Positions 8,998 to 16,689 are shown, counted from the stretch's first letter. The stretch is DNA of 64,000 bases from Candidatus Omnitrophota bacterium (GCA_016208765.1 JACQXK010000001.1:64218-128217), one strand, 5' to 3'. Notes: a model not told the origin generated them from the letters alone. Numbers and translations are program-made.

Positions 8998-9516
8998 ATG
9001 AATATAAAAACACCTTTAGATGCAAAACAAATAAAGAAATTAAAATCCGGCGATGAAGTTTTATTATCAGGAGTGATTTATACTGCGCGTGATCAGGCGC
9101 ATAAAAGGTTGTGTGAGGTAATAAATTCCGGTAAAAAACTTTCCTTTGATTTAAAAGGCCAGGTGATTTATTATTGCGGCCCGTCCATGGCCCCTAAAGG
9201 TAAAATAATCGGCTCTTGCGGCCCGACTACAAGCAGGCGAATGGATGAATTTAGCGAGAAATTATTGGCTAAAGGCCTTAAGGGAATGATTGGAAAGGGC
9301 GGGCGTTCTCAAGATGTAAGAGCAGCGATAAAAAAACACTGTGCAGTTTATTTTTTAGCTTATGCAGGATGCGGGGCATTGTTGTCAAAATATGTAAAGA
9401 AGTCAGAGTTGATTGCCTACAAGGATTTGGGGCCGGAGGCAATTTTAAAACTGGAAGTAAAGAATTTCCCGCTTATTGTCGGGATAGATAGTTATGGAAG
9501 GAGTATTTATGATTAG
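8998..9516 (+). CDS. fumB: Class I fumarate hydratase beta subunit (C-terminal domain type)
   Basis: 172 aa. The [15 protein letters not shown]...GPT motifs match the fumarase-C/TtdB domain. It is adjacent to the alpha subunit. Confidence 0.8.
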   Translation: MNIKTPLDAKQIKKLKSGDEVLLSGVIYTARDQAHKRLCEVINSGKKLSFDLKGQVIYYCGPSMAPKGKIIGSCGPTTSRRMDEFSEKLLAKGLKGMIGKGGRSQDVRAAIKKHCAVYFLAYAGCGALLSKYVKKSELIAYKDLGPEAILKLEVKNFPLIVGIDSYGRSIYD

Positions 9517-10225
9517 GCTTGACGGACGTGAACACGGCCAGATGCGCAAGGTGCAAATACAACGCGATTATTTAAAATATCCCGAGGGATCATGCCTTAT
9601 TGAATTGGGCAATACCAAGGTTATCTGCACTGCTTCGGTTGATGAAAATGTCCCGCCATTTCTAAAAGGAAGCGGCACTGGGTGGGTAACTGCAGAATAC
9701 GGCATGCTTCCGCGTTCTTGTGCAACGCGCATTCAGCGTGGCAAGGATTCAGGCAGGACTTATGAAATTCAGCGACTGGTGGGAAGATCTTTGCGTTCAG
9801 TTACCGAGATGGCAAAAATAGGCGAGCGAACTATTTGGATTGATTGCGACGTAATTCAGGCAGACGGCGGAACGCGCACGGCATCTATTACAGGAAGTTT
9901 TGTCGCTTTGGTTGATGCGTTAAATAAATTAAAGAAGAATGGTTTGATTAGAGAAGTTCCGATACGCGATTATGTTGCTGCAACCAGCGTTGGTATTTTA
10001 GAGGGCGCACAATTGCTGGATTTGTGTTATGCCGAAGACTCAAAGGCAGAAGTGGATATGAATATTATTATGACCGGAAGTAACGAGTTTATTGAAATCC
10101 AGGGCACTGCGGAGAGGCAGCCTTTTAGCAAAGAAGATATGGATGCTATGCTTGGTTTGGCAAAAAAGGGGATTGAAGGATTATTCAGTATTCAGAGAAG
10201 ATTAATCGGGGACATTTTATTATAA
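9494..10225 (+). CDS. rph: Ribonuclease PH
   Basis: The motifs [11 protein letters not shown]..., [10 protein letters not shown] and [10 protein letters not shown] are RNase PH hallmarks. The true start is probably the internal M (MIRLDGR). Confidence 0.9.
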   Translation: MEGVFMIRLDGREHGQMRKVQIQRDYLKYPEGSCLIELGNTKVICTASVDENVPPFLKGSGTGWVTAEYGMLPRSCATRIQRGKDSGRTYEIQRLVGRSLRSVTEMAKIGERTIWIDCDVIQADGGTRTASITGSFVALVDALNKLKKNGLIREVPIRDYVAATSVGILEGAQLLDLCYAEDSKAEVDMNIIMTGSNEFIEIQGTAERQPFSKEDMDAMLGLAKKGIEGLFSIQRRLIGDILL

Positions 10226-10227
10226 AT

Positions 10228-10836
10228 ATGTTTTTGGTAGTTGCTACTAAAAATCAGAAGAAACTCGGAGAGATCAAAGAAATCCTGCGAGGCTTTAATT
10301 TTAAGTTGCGTTCTTTGGCAGATTATGGAAAAACTCCGGATGTTGTGGAGAATGGCGATACTTTTAAGGAAAATGCCGTTAAGAAGGCGCTTAAGCTCGC
10401 GCGTTTTACCGGAGAGCTCACGTTGGGAGAGGATTCCGGGCTTTGTGTTGATGCCTTGGATGGCCGGCCAGGAGTTTACTCTTCGCGTTTTGCAGGAAGA
10501 TCAAAAAGCGATGAAAAGAATAATCAGAAACTCCTGCGTTTATTAAAGTGTGCGCCTTTAAAGAAAAGAAAAGCACATTATGTTTGTGCGGTGGCATTGG
10601 CAGATAAACAAGGTTTGATTGGCGTAGTTGAAGGCAAGTGCCATGGAAAAATTGATTTTGAGCTAAAAGGCAAACACGGTTTTGGTTATGACCCGTTATT
10701 TTTAATTCCTAAGTTTAAGAAGACTTTTGGCCAGCTTGATGAAAAAATAAAACACAAAATGAGCCACCGTTTCCGCGCCCTTATGAAGGCAAAGAAACTT
10801 TTAGTGAAATATATTGAGAAAAAGAAAAGTAATTGA
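10228..10836 (+). CDS. rdgB: dITP/XTP pyrophosphatase (RdgB/Ham1 family)
   Basis: It carries the VVATKNQKKLGEIKEIL and GEDSGLCVDALDGRPGVYSSRFAG Ham1 signature. rph-rdgB is a conserved gene pair. Confidence 0.85.
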   Translation: MFLVVATKNQKKLGEIKEILRGFNFKLRSLADYGKTPDVVENGDTFKENAVKKALKLARFTGELTLGEDSGLCVDALDGRPGVYSSRFAGRSKSDEKNNQKLLRLLKCAPLKKRKAHYVCAVALADKQGLIGVVEGKCHGKIDFELKGKHGFGYDPLFLIPKFKKTFGQLDEKIKHKMSHRFRALMKAKKLLVKYIEKKKSN

Positions 10837-10864
10837 TATAATTTAGGTTTGGAGTATTTAAAAG

Positions 10865-11128
10865 ATGTATTTTGTGTATGTGTTGAAAAGTGAAAAAGAT
10901 AGCTTGTTTTATACTGGTTTTACAAGTGATTTGGAAAGAAGAGTTTTAGAGCATAATCAGGGCCTTCAGGATTCAACCAGGAGCAGGGTACCTTTTAAGC
11001 TTGTTTATTACGAGTGGTGTTTAAATAAACAAGATGCTTTAAGCAGGGAAGAATATTTGAAGAGTGGTATGGGTAAGAAATATATAAGAAATCGTATTAA
11101 GTTGTTTTTAAGTTCTGATAATAAATAG
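10865..11128 (+). CDS. GIY-YIG nuclease-superfamily small protein (YhbQ/UPF0213-like)
   Basis: 87 aa with FYVYVLKS...LFYTGFTSDLERRVLEHN, a GIY-YIG motif. A paralog lies at 32113. Confidence 0.7.
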   Translation: MYFVYVLKSEKDSLFYTGFTSDLERRVLEHNQGLQDSTRSRVPFKLVYYEWCLNKQDALSREEYLKSGMGKKYIRNRIKLFLSSDNK

Positions 11129-11149
11129 TTTATTTTATATAATTTAAGC

Positions 11150-11267
11150 AATTTGTGATTGGGTGGGCGTGCCCCGTTACAAATTGCTGGCTCTCTAAAT
11201 TTTCGTACAATTTGTGATTGGGTGGGCGTGCCCCGTTACAAATTGCTGGCTCTCTAAATTTTCGTAC
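11150..11267 (+). repeat. Perfect 59-bp tandem duplication (2 units) immediately upstream of tRNA-Pro; each unit carries a sigma70-like promoter-like motif (TTGCTG-N16-TACAAT)
   Basis: Units 11150-11208 and 11209-11267 are identical. Each unit also contains an inverted copy (gggcgtgccccgttacaaatt) of the sequence spanning the tRNA-Pro 5' flank and start (aatttgtaacggggcgtgg). Confidence 0.8.
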
Positions 11268-11276
11268 AATTTGTAA

Positions 11277-11351
11277 CGGGGCGTGGCTCAGTTTGGCTAG
11301 AGCGCTTGCTTTGGGAGCAAGAGGCCACAGGTTCAAGTCCTGTCGCCCCGA
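11277..11351 (+). tRNA. tRNA-Pro (anticodon TGG)
   Basis: The sequence is CGGGGCGTGGCTCAGTTTGGCTAGAGCGCTTGCTTTGGGAGCAAGAGGCCACAGGTTCAAGTCCTGTCGCCCCGA. The acceptor 7-bp stem pairs, the anticodon loop is TTTGGGA, and the T-loop is GGTTCAAGTCC. No CCA is encoded. Confidence 0.85.
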
Positions 11352-11374
11352 TAAATTTGTAAAGGAGAAGATAA

Positions 11375-11818
11375 ATGAAAAAATTGAGTATTTTTCTTGT
11401 GGCAATCTTAAGTTTATCTTTTTTTACCTTTTCTTTTGCAGGGGACCTTGTTTCACCGGAGGCTGGCAGGTATTTTAATGAAGCCATTAAGGCGCAAAAA
11501 TCAGGTGATTTTGAAAAGGCAAAGATCGGGTATAATAAGACTCTGCTTCTTGACCCAAACAATTTGGATTGGCAGAAATTTATTTTGAATAATTATGGGA
11601 TCATGTTTGTTGAGTCGGGAGATTTTGAAAAGGCAGAATCAGCTTTTCTTGAAGTTCTGGAAATAGACCCGGATTATGAACCTGCTAAGATTAATCTTGG
11701 TATACTTTATGATAAAAGAAAATCAAGGCTTGAAGCATTGGAATATTGGGCTAAGCTGTATAATTGGGAAGCCGGCAAGCCAAGGAAATTAATTTTTTCT
11801 GAACAAGCTCAGAAATAA
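11375..11818 (+). CDS. Secreted tetratricopeptide-repeat (TPR) protein
   Basis: It has a signal peptide plus TPR-like repeats (AIKAQKSGDFEKAKIGYNKTLLLDPNN; GDFEKAESAFLEVLEIDPDYEPA). There is an RBS aaaggagaag upstream. Confidence 0.6.
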   Translation: MKKLSIFLVAILSLSFFTFSFAGDLVSPEAGRYFNEAIKAQKSGDFEKAKIGYNKTLLLDPNNLDWQKFILNNYGIMFVESGDFEKAESAFLEVLEIDPDYEPAKINLGILYDKRKSRLEALEYWAKLYNWEAGKPRKLIFSEQAQK

Positions 11819-11846
11819 TTGCTCTTTAATTGAATTTTAAGTTTTT

Positions 11847-11923
11847 GCGCCTGTAGCTCAATTGGATAGAGCACCTGCCTTCTAAGCCGGTGGTTGGCCG
11901 TTCGATTCGGCCCAGGCGCACCA
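11847..11923 (+). tRNA. tRNA-Arg (anticodon TCT)
   Basis: The sequence is GCGCCTGTAGCTCAATTGGATAGAGCACCTGCCTTCTAAGCCGGTGGTTGGCCGTTCGATTCGGCCCAGGCGCACCA. The acceptor pairs (GCGCCTG/CAGGCGC), the anticodon loop is CTTCTAA, and CCA is encoded. There is one mismatch in the anticodon stem. Confidence 0.8.
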
Positions 11924-11933
11924 AAATACAAAT

Positions 11934-13106
11934 ATGAATCTTCTAAAAAAAATACTTTCAATAACATTGGCAGCGGCTTTTGTTGTTTTTGCCATAATTT
12001 ATGTTTTCCTGGCTTTTAAGGGTAAGGCTGTGATTGTTTCTGAGCTTGAGAAATTAACTAAGAAAAAAGTCACTGTTGGTTATTTTGGAATAGCGTTTCC
12101 ATTGAATCTGGAGATCAAGAATCTCAATATAGAAGGTTTAGCCAATGTCGGCACCATTAATATTTCTCCCAGCCTTGTTTATTTGCTCGCCGGTAAGATT
12201 GCGCTAAATAAAGTTCTAATTGAAGATCCTGATTTTAGTTTTGAAGGAAAAGTTCCCGGTGCTGCAGATATAATTGCTGCTCCACTTGCAGATGTCAAAA
12301 AAGAAGAAGAGGATGTTGAGAAAACCGTTCCTTTGCGCTTAATTATTAAGAAATTAATAATTAAAGACGGCAGGATCCAGTTTACTGATCATGGCGTAAG
12401 TAAAGAAGGCCTTAAATTTACCGTCAAAGATATAAATTTGAATCTTTCTAACCTTTATATGTATCCTGTGTCTGTGATCACTAATTTTGAATTAAGCGGA
12501 AGGATCCCCTGGCGTAAAGGAGAAGAAGAAGGAAAAATTGAGGCCAGCGGCTGGATAAACTTGTACAAAAAAGATATTCAGGTCGCTTTGAGCATCCGCG
12601 ATATTGACGGGATTTATTTTTATCCGTATTATTCTAATTGGGTTGATTTAGAGGGCGCTCGCATTGAAAAAGCAAAGTTGTATTTTCTTAGTAATGTTCA
12701 GGGGTTAAATAATAATGTAACTGTTGATTGCCATCTTGAACTGGCAGATATTGTGCGTAAGCCGCATGAGGGTTCTGAATCAAAGGAAAAAGCAGAACGG
12801 ATCACTGATGCTGTGCTCGGTTATTTTAAGGCCCTTGATCAGGGTAAGATTACTCTAGATTTTACTTTTAAGACAAAAATGGACCGGCCAGAATTTAGTT
12901 TTAGCAATATCAAAATGGCCTTTGAAGATAAGCTTGCTGTTGCCCGTGGAAAAGGTTTTAAGCCGCAGGATGTTTTGATGCTGCCGACAAAGCTTATTGA
13001 AGGAAGTGTTAAAGGGGCAACCGAGCTTTCCAAGGCGGTAATTGACGGCACATTTGCTGTCGGGAATGAATTGAAAAAAGCTGTTGAAGAAGTTTTTAAG
13101 AAATAG
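11934..13106 (+). CDS. Membrane-anchored AsmA-like/DUF748-like protein (paralog of 53819..54901)
   Basis: It has an N-terminal TM helix followed by a long beta-rich domain. The architecture is shared with the 53819 ORF (N-terminal anchor, then ...KIVLxxxxIEDPxFxFEG...). The family assignment is approximate. Confidence 0.45.
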   Translation: MNLLKKILSITLAAAFVVFAIIYVFLAFKGKAVIVSELEKLTKKKVTVGYFGIAFPLNLEIKNLNIEGLANVGTINISPSLVYLLAGKIALNKVLIEDPDFSFEGKVPGAADIIAAPLADVKKEEEDVEKTVPLRLIIKKLIIKDGRIQFTDHGVSKEGLKFTVKDINLNLSNLYMYPVSVITNFELSGRIPWRKGEEEGKIEASGWINLYKKDIQVALSIRDIDGIYFYPYYSNWVDLEGARIEKAKLYFLSNVQGLNNNVTVDCHLELADIVRKPHEGSESKEKAERITDAVLGYFKALDQGKITLDFTFKTKMDRPEFSFSNIKMAFEDKLAVARGKGFKPQDVLMLPTKLIEGSVKGATELSKAVIDGTFAVGNELKKAVEEVFKK

Positions 13107-13124
13107 CTTTGGCAGTAGAATTAT

Positions 13125-13202
13125 GGTGGTTGTAGCTCAATTGGTTAGAGCGCTAGACTGTGGCTCTGGAGGTTGCGGGTTCGATCCCCGTCAGCCACCC
13201 CA
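13125..13202 (+). tRNA. tRNA-His (anticodon GTG) with extra 5' G(-1)
   Basis: The sequence is GGTGGTTGTAGCTCAATTGGTTAGAGCGCTAGACTGTGGCTCTGGAGGTTGCGGGTTCGATCCCCGTCAGCCACCCCA. G-1 pairs with discriminator C73, the anticodon loop is CTGTGGC, and CCA is encoded. Confidence 0.85.
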
Positions 13203-13415
13203 TTTTTTCGCTATTGCATAGCTGCAAAATCGATCGTTGTGAGTAAATAGAGAGCAATGACTTTAACGCTTTCGCATCTCTTGATCTATATTTATATAGT
13301 CAAAATGGCTGTATCCCTTAAATACAATTTGACAAAAAAGAGGCAAAAGTGTATTTTAAAATCAAATCAGGAGTGGTATTGTTTGAAGGGGGAACTGCCA
13401 CGTAAAAATAATTAA

Positions 13416-13446
13416 AACCTTCGCTCACAAGGCGAAGGTTTTTTGT
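13416..13446 (+). terminator. Rho-independent terminator (aaccttcgc / gcgaaggtt stem + T6)
   Basis: A perfect 9-bp stem with a 6-nt loop followed by TTTTTTG. It lies 215 nt downstream of tRNA-His, upstream of the restriction-enzyme island. Confidence 0.7.
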
Positions 13447-13466
13447 TTACGAGAAAGGCAGGGTGT

Positions 13467-13619
13467 ATGTTAAGTAAAAAAGTAGAGCAGGATATAAAGG
13501 CTGTTTTAGATTATCTTTGGCATGATGAAAAAAGGCATTATCAAGAAAGTAAATATTGTAGTAAACATATTTTTAGAACTTTGGTAAGATTAGCAAAGAC
13601 TATCAAATATGAACATTAG
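13467..13619 (+). CDS. Small ORF (50 aa, MLSKKVEQDIKAVLDYLWHDEKRHYQESKYCSKHIFRTLVRLAKTIKYEH) translationally coupled to the DpnI-like gene
   Basis: The ORF is below the ORF-track length cutoff. It has an RBS-like aaaggcaggg before the ATG, and its stop TAG overlaps the downstream ATG (ATGAACATTAG). Function is unknown; it occupies the position where R-M controller or antitoxin-like genes sit. Confidence 0.35.
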   Translation: MLSKKVEQDIKAVLDYLWHDEKRHYQESKYCSKHIFRTLVRLAKTIKYEH

Positions 13620-14376
13620 TTTAGATAAGGAAGTGGCTAGATTTTATATTAGTTCTTCACAGAAAAGTAGAGTCTTAACGGAGGATTGGGTCAATAGAGA
13701 AGTTTTTTGCCCTGCCTGCGGTTATAATATTAGGCACTATGAAAATAATAGGCCAGTTGCTGATTTTTATTGTTCTAAGTGTAGCGAAGATTATGAATTA
13801 AAAAGCAAGAAGGATGGCATTGGAAATAAAATCGTTGATGGCGCCTATAGAACGATGATTGAGCGTTTACAAACTAATAAGAATCCTAATTTCTTTTTGT
13901 TAAATTATAATTTAAGAAGTTTTGAAGTTCTAAATTTATTAGTTATACCGAAGCATTTTTTTGTACCACATATAATTGAGGAAAGGAAACCACTCTCACA
14001 ATCGGCAAGGCGCGCAGGTTGGGTTGGTTGTAACATTTCTTTGCAGAATATCCCACAAACAGGCAAAATTTATTACATTAAAGACAAGCAGGTTGAATCA
14101 AAAGAAGAAGTCTTGAGGACTTGGAAGAAAACTCTATTCTTAAGGGAAGAAAAAGAAACCCCAGCAAAAGGATGGGTATTGGATATTATGAATTGTATTG
14201 ATAAACTTGGAAAACGGAGATTTAATCTTGAGGAAGTTTATTTCTTTAAGGAATTTCTAGGAGAAAAGCATCCGCAAAATAGGCATATTAAAGATAAGAT
14301 AAGGCAACAGTTACAATTTCTGAGAGATAAGGGGTATTTGAGATTTATTGCTAGGGGAGAATATGAGCTTACTTAA
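13609..14376 (+). CDS. dpnC: Type IIM methyl-directed restriction endonuclease, DpnI family (cleaves G(m6A)TC in characterised members)
   Basis: 255 aa, near the length of S. pneumoniae DpnI. There are long colinear conserved blocks: SQKSRVLTEDWVNREVFCPACGYN, ENNRPVADFYCSKCSEDYELKSKK, GAYRTMIERLQTNKNPNFF, RKPLSQSARRAGWVGCNI, ILNCIDK-like DIMNCIDKL, and HIKDKIRQQLQFLRDKGYL. These span the catalytic PD-(D/E)XK domain and the C-terminal winged-helix domain. No adjacent methyltransferase is present, as expected for a type IIM enzyme. Confidence 0.85.
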   Translation: MNISLDKEVARFYISSSQKSRVLTEDWVNREVFCPACGYNIRHYENNRPVADFYCSKCSEDYELKSKKDGIGNKIVDGAYRTMIERLQTNKNPNFFLLNYNLRSFEVLNLLVIPKHFFVPHIIEERKPLSQSARRAGWVGCNISLQNIPQTGKIYYIKDKQVESKEEVLRTWKKTLFLREEKETPAKGWVLDIMNCIDKLGKRRFNLEEVYFFKEFLGEKHPQNRHIKDKIRQQLQFLRDKGYLRFIARGEYELT

Positions 14377-14551
14377 AAATTTTGCAATAAGGTTAAGTCC
14401 TTTTTGGGCAAAAATCATTCTGCGAGTTAATTCATTCGCGCGGTTAAAAGATATGTGTCGTGGTTATAGTGAAGATCTAGAGAATTTTACTGAGCTTGTA
14501 TGGGAAGATGTCAAGAAATTGAGCTTTTGTGATAGAAAAACATACCTATAG
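14363..14551 (+). CDS. Small hypothetical protein downstream of the DpnI-like gene (DpnD-position ORF)
   Basis: The ORF-track frame runs 14348..14551. The likeliest start is the internal ATG at 14363 (MSLLKNFAIRLSPFW...). It has no recognisable domain. In the pneumococcal DpnI cassette a small gene of unknown function (dpnD) follows dpnC. Confidence 0.35.
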   Translation: MSLLKNFAIRLSPFWAKIILRVNSFARLKDMCRGYSEDLENFTELVWEDVKKLSFCDRKTYL

Positions 14552-14605
14552 TTTCAGCTTTGGTATGTTTAAGAAAATACTAAAAAGTTTATAACTAGGG
14601 AACGC

Positions 14606-15121
14606 ATGCCAATAACTTTCATTAAAATTCTCCGTAGTAAAAAAAGAAGGCGCACGGTGAGTGCGCATGTGGTAAAAGATGTTCTTATTGTAAGGGCTCC
14701 GGAGAGTATTGCGGAAAGCCGTTTAGAGAAGGTGATTACCGAGCTTAAAACAAAGATCGAACGGAAGCAGTTAAAAGAAGAATTGAATAAAGATGAAAGC
14801 CTTAGACAGAGGGCAAAGGAGTTTAATCAGCAGTATTTTGGAAATCAGCTTAACATTAACTCTATTGAATACGTTACAGATCAGATTTCTAAATTCGGCT
14901 GCTGTAATTTTCGCACCGGATGCATCCGTATTTCCCACCGAATAAGTTTTATGCCGCAGTGGGTAAGGGATTATGTGATTATTCATGAATTGGCGCATTT
15001 AGCAGTTCCTGATCACAGCAAGGCATTCTGGGAGGTAGTAAGCCGTTATAAGTTTGCTGAAAGAGCAAGGGGATATCTTATTGCCGCTGGAACACAAGAC
15101 ATTTTATATAATAAACTGTAG
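14606..15121 (+). CDS. DUF45 / YgjP-like (M48/WLM-like) zinc metallo-hydrolase
   Basis: 171 aa with the HELAHLAVPDHSKAFW HExxH-type motif in the spacing typical of YgjP/DUF45 proteins. This family is frequently found beside restriction and defence genes. Confidence 0.6.
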   Translation: MPITFIKILRSKKRRRTVSAHVVKDVLIVRAPESIAESRLEKVITELKTKIERKQLKEELNKDESLRQRAKEFNQQYFGNQLNINSIEYVTDQISKFGCCNFRTGCIRISHRISFMPQWVRDYVIIHELAHLAVPDHSKAFWEVVSRYKFAERARGYLIAAGTQDILYNKL

Positions 15122-15124
15122 AAT

Positions 15125-15215
15125 CAGGAGTTACAAAATAAATATTTAAAGATAGAAACCCGGATTTGTTTTGTAATCTTTTGATAATTAGAGGGTTGTA
15201 TAAAGCGTCTTATGT
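15125..15215. repeat. Copy A of a ~95-nt conserved AT-rich intergenic element (family also at 21304 and 22338)
   Basis: It is about 75-80% identical to 21304-21398 (GTTACAAAATAAATATTT...AGAAACCCGGATTTGTTTTGTAAT...GATAATTAGA...TATAAA). It contains the internal inverted repeat TTACAAAA...TTTTGTAA and the palindrome AAATATTT. It sits about 55 nt upstream of the SIR2-like gene. Confidence 0.7.
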
Positions 15216-15268
15216 TCTCTAATTCTCAAAAGACAGAAAATGTTAGGATTAATATTTAAGGGATAAAA

Positions 15269-16414
15269 ATGGCGATAATTGTTTTGGGTGCCGGAGCTAC
15301 AAGAGGGGTAAGGTTTGTAGAAAATAATATATGCAAGCCCCCTTTAAATGACGACTTCTTTAGCCAGTTGCAGCATATAAATAATGAGAAACATTTTAAG
15401 ACGATTGAGCAAGCAATAAAAGATGCAATTTCATTATATGGTAAGAATTTCAAAGTAACCATGGAAGAGTTCTTTACGCAAATTGAATTTTTTGTTAAGG
15501 TGCTTCCATACGCGAAAGAAAGACACGGACTAACAAGAGCGGACTTTAACAAAATAAAAGATAACTTTATAAAATCAATATCTGCTGTTTTTGAAGAGTC
15601 AATAACTCAAAAGACTTGTGAATACCATACAGAAATTGTTAAGGCTTTAGTCAAGGATTCTACAATAGTATCATTTAATTATGACTGCCTGATAGATTAT
15701 GCACTGAAAGAAGCAGGAGCGCAGAAATGGAATGCTAGGTATGGATATAGTTTTCCTCTGCGGAAGTATAGACTTATAGGAGATCCATTTTGGAGTTCCT
15801 CTTTATTACATCCACTGGCTACAAGGGGAGAGACTATTAAATTATTGAAATTACATGGTTCGCTTAATTGGCATATACTTAATAAAGGGAAAGGAAATAA
15901 AGGTTCTATAAGGCTTAAGCAACATCTTTATCAAAATGTAGGCACACCACAGTTTACTATAATGCCTCCAGAATGGAATAAGGAGTTATTAAAAGAGCCT
16001 GCTTTTGAAGAGATATGGAAAGAAGCAGCCAGGAGAATTAGAAGAGAGAAAATTTTTGTATTTATTGGATTTTCCTTTGTTCCGACAGATTTGTTTGCTG
16101 CCTCGTTGTTTCAATTAAGTATTGGTAAAGAAAAAATAAAGAAATTAATTATAGTAAATCCAGATAGAGAAGCTAGAAGAAGGACTAGGGCAGTTTTAAA
16201 TAGAGGTATTTCTGATAAAACTCTTATAGTCCAATTTGATACTTTTAAAGATTTTTCACGAGCAGAATTAAAAACTTTATTCTCTGAAAAACGAGATATT
16301 GGAAAATTTGAAAAAATCGAAGAAAGCAAAGCTCCTTTTGGAACAGATTCAAAAACCGTTACTAATAAAGATACGCTAAATTCTCCAGAAGCAGATAAAG
16401 AAAAAAGCTCTTAA
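15269..16414 (+). CDS. Stand-alone SIR2_2-type (defence-associated sirtuin-like NADase fold) protein
   Basis: 381 aa. It has the N-terminal glycine-rich IIVLGAGATRG, the SFNYDCLID block and KLHGSLNWH. These are the conserved blocks of the SIR2_2 (PF13289-like) family seen in ThsA/DSR/SIR2-HerA effectors. There is no Cys4 zinc-ribbon like canonical CobB sirtuins, and no SLOG/HerA/APAZ/STAND partner domain. Confidence 0.7.
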   Translation: MAIIVLGAGATRGVRFVENNICKPPLNDDFFSQLQHINNEKHFKTIEQAIKDAISLYGKNFKVTMEEFFTQIEFFVKVLPYAKERHGLTRADFNKIKDNFIKSISAVFEESITQKTCEYHTEIVKALVKDSTIVSFNYDCLIDYALKEAGAQKWNARYGYSFPLRKYRLIGDPFWSSSLLHPLATRGETIKLLKLHGSLNWHILNKGKGNKGSIRLKQHLYQNVGTPQFTIMPPEWNKELLKEPAFEEIWKEAARRIRREKIFVFIGFSFVPTDLFAASLFQLSIGKEKIKKLIIVNPDREARRRTRAVLNRGISDKTLIVQFDTFKDFSRAELKTLFSEKRDIGKFEKIEESKAPFGTDSKTVTNKDTLNSPEADKEKSS

Positions 16415-16689
16415 TGATGAAAGCATATACGATCAATTATGATTTAAAAGCTCCAAACAGAAATTACGACGGTCTTTTCGTCGAGATAAAAAAATCTCCG
16501 AAATGGTGGCATTTTCTTGAATCGACTTGGATTATTGCGACAGATGAAACTCCTAGCCAAATATGGAATAGATTGATAGCCAATTTGGACAAAAATGATT
16601 ATTTGTTAATTATTGAAGTAAAAGATAATGTTCAAGGGTGGCTTCCTAAAGAAGCATGGGATTGGATCCATGCTAATGTTCCGAGTTAG
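16414..16689 (+). CDS. 91-aa protein of unknown function, translationally coupled to the SIR2-like gene (TAATGATG overlap)
   Basis: The sequence is MMKAYTINYDLKAPNRNYDGLFVEIKKSPKWWHFLESTWIIATDETPSQIWNRLIANLDKNDYLLIIEVKDNVQGWLPKEAWDWIHANVPS. It is Trp-rich with no motif I can assign. Its start codon overlaps the SIR2 stop. Confidence 0.5.
   Translation: MMKAYTINYDLKAPNRNYDGLFVEIKKSPKWWHFLESTWIIATDETPSQIWNRLIANLDKNDYLLIIEVKDNVQGWLPKEAWDWIHANVPS

Noticed and set aside
10241-10546. Alternate-frame ORF inside rdgB
   Set aside because: It is fully embedded in a well-supported gene on the same strand and has no independent signals.
11130-11562. Three overlapping six-frame ORFs (11130..11405 -, 11218..11478 +, 11254..11562 -)
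   Set aside because: They are fully explained by the 59-bp tandem repeat and the tRNA-Pro gene. They have no RBS and are composition artefacts.
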